A stretch of DNA of 64,000 nucleotides from NCBI GenBank assembly GCA_039024555.1, contig JBCCQQ010000001.1:96001-160000 (forward strand). The letters are read 5' to 3'. Positions 62,830-64,000 of this stretch are shown one piece after another. The translations under genes and the position numbers were made by a program. Each line of letters starts with the position of its first letter. The first letter of the stretch is position 1. The notes beneath the pieces were generated by a model. That model searched no databases. It was given only the letters and a program-made list of their open reading frames with translations, and was not told the origin of the DNA. Source of the DNA: Cyanobacteria bacterium P01_D01_bin.156. Lineage in GTDB: Bacteria; Cyanobacteriota; Cyanobacteriia; Phormidesmidales; Phormidesmidaceae.

Positions 62830-63555
62830 ATGGCTGAGCCCTCTGCCCGTCCCCGGTCTCCTTACACCAGTCAGGCAGCTCAAGACCTAAAAGACGTTTT
62901 TCAAAGAATTACTGAACAGAGCTGTCCTTATCAGTACAACTTTCACATGCACACCCATTGCTCTGATGGGAAGCTGAGCCCTGGTGCATTGATGGAAGAA
63001 GCATGTGCTCTCAAGTTAAAAGGATTTGCCATCACCGATCACCATACAATTCAGGGCTACCAAAATGCTTGCCAATGGATAGAAAACTGGCGTTGGACCC
63101 ATCCTTCTAACTGGTCATCCAGTCAGTCGCGAAATAGTTTACCCAGACTATGGTGTGGTGTAGAAATTACAGCCGATCTGTTAGGAGTAGATGTCCACAT
63201 CTTAGGATACGCATTTCAGCCAGACCATGTAGCGATCAAACCCTACTTGCAAGGGGGGGCTCCTAGCGGTAAAGATCGCCAGTCAAAGCTTGTGATTCAG
63301 GCTATTCAATCGGCAGGTGGCATTGCTATATTGGCCCACCCAGCCAGATATCGACGTTCTCCCGAAGAATTAATTCCCGCCGTTGCGGCCCTGGGAATTG
63401 ATGGTGTTGAGACCTTCTATGCCTATGATCATCCTCCAGAGTGGCGACCTACCCCTGGGAAAACAGAACGGGTTCAAGCATTAGCCTATGCGCACGAGCT
63501 GCTAAGCACTTGCGGCACTGACAGCCATGGACTCACTCTAATTCGGCGGATTTGA
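62830..63555 (+). CDS. PHP-domain metal-dependent phosphoesterase
   Basis: HMHTHCSDG, AITDHH, GVEIT, VHILGY, LAHPARY, GTDSHG. Confidence 0.9.
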   Translation: MAEPSARPRSPYTSQAAQDLKDVFQRITEQSCPYQYNFHMHTHCSDGKLSPGALMEEACALKLKGFAITDHHTIQGYQNACQWIENWRWTHPSNWSSSQSRNSLPRLWCGVEITADLLGVDVHILGYAFQPDHVAIKPYLQGGAPSGKDRQSKLVIQAIQSAGGIAILAHPARYRRSPEELIPAVAALGIDGVETFYAYDHPPEWRPTPGKTERVQALAYAHELLSTCGTDSHGLTLIRRI

Positions 63556-63710
63556 GATTAAGGCAGTTACGCCTATGTCGCTCAAAGTTAGAACCTTGCT
63601 AGGGAGTCTTAACGATACTTGGCGCATACAGTTCAGGCTATACGTGAGCGCTGGAAGCTTAAATTGCCAACAGCTACATTCAGCAGTTGGCTATACCGAA
63701 GGAAATCAAC

Positions 63711-64000
63711 TCACTCTTCACTAGGTGGTTCATCAGCTGTCTCATCAGTCAATGATTCCTGGGTTTGAGCTGTCTCTAAAATGTCATCGCCTGTCTTACA
63801 GGCATCAGAATCGTAGGCCACCAGAAGGTCGAAAAGATAGCGAGTAGATGTTTCAGATTCAGGATATTCACCCTCCAGCAATGACTCCAGAGCAGACTGA
63901 TTGATATGTTCGTAGCCCGTACTACGCAACACAACAGAATTGCTGGCAGTGCCATCTGGAGCCACTAAGATGCCAATCTCACCAGTTGTCGGTGGCTGCG
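63711..64000 (-). CDS. TonB C-terminal-like domain protein, 3' part
   Basis: Frame open to window edge: ..GEIGILVAPDG..VLRSTGYEHINQSALE. Confidence 0.6.
   Translation of the reverse strand, partial: QPPTTGEIGILVAPDGTASNSVVLRSTGYEHINQSALESLLEGEYPESETSTRYLFDLLVAYDSDACKTGDDILETAQTQESLTDETADEPPSEE

Overview
Chromosomal window from a cyanobacterium. The HIP1 octamer GCGATCGC recurs (e.g. 209, 709), and heptamer STRR-type repeats suggest a filamentous strain. It carries housekeeping and signalling genes (M20 amidohydrolase, bioD, Ser/Thr kinases, pgm, photolyase, ptrB, an RND pump, GGDEF-EAL, murJ, sfsA), one intact-looking IS630 element and two MITE families. The main feature is a ~26 kb cluster (5645-31702) of secreted DUF11/CnaB-like Ig-domain proteins, a very large predicted outer-membrane beta-barrel and an OmpA-domain protein. 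Five proteins end in a DUF11-like domain lacking its last Asn-bearing strand(s), and two begin with that strand motif. I infer a donor-strand-complemented, possibly isopeptide-crosslinked surface filament: major subunit, chaperone-like cap, base adaptor, barrel and three interchangeable tip adhesins. Also notable are a phased DnaA-box cluster with no dnaA/dnaN nearby, a His-less pseudo-histidine kinase and an NtcA box before a DUF4278 gene. All calls come from reading motifs by eye; no searches were run.
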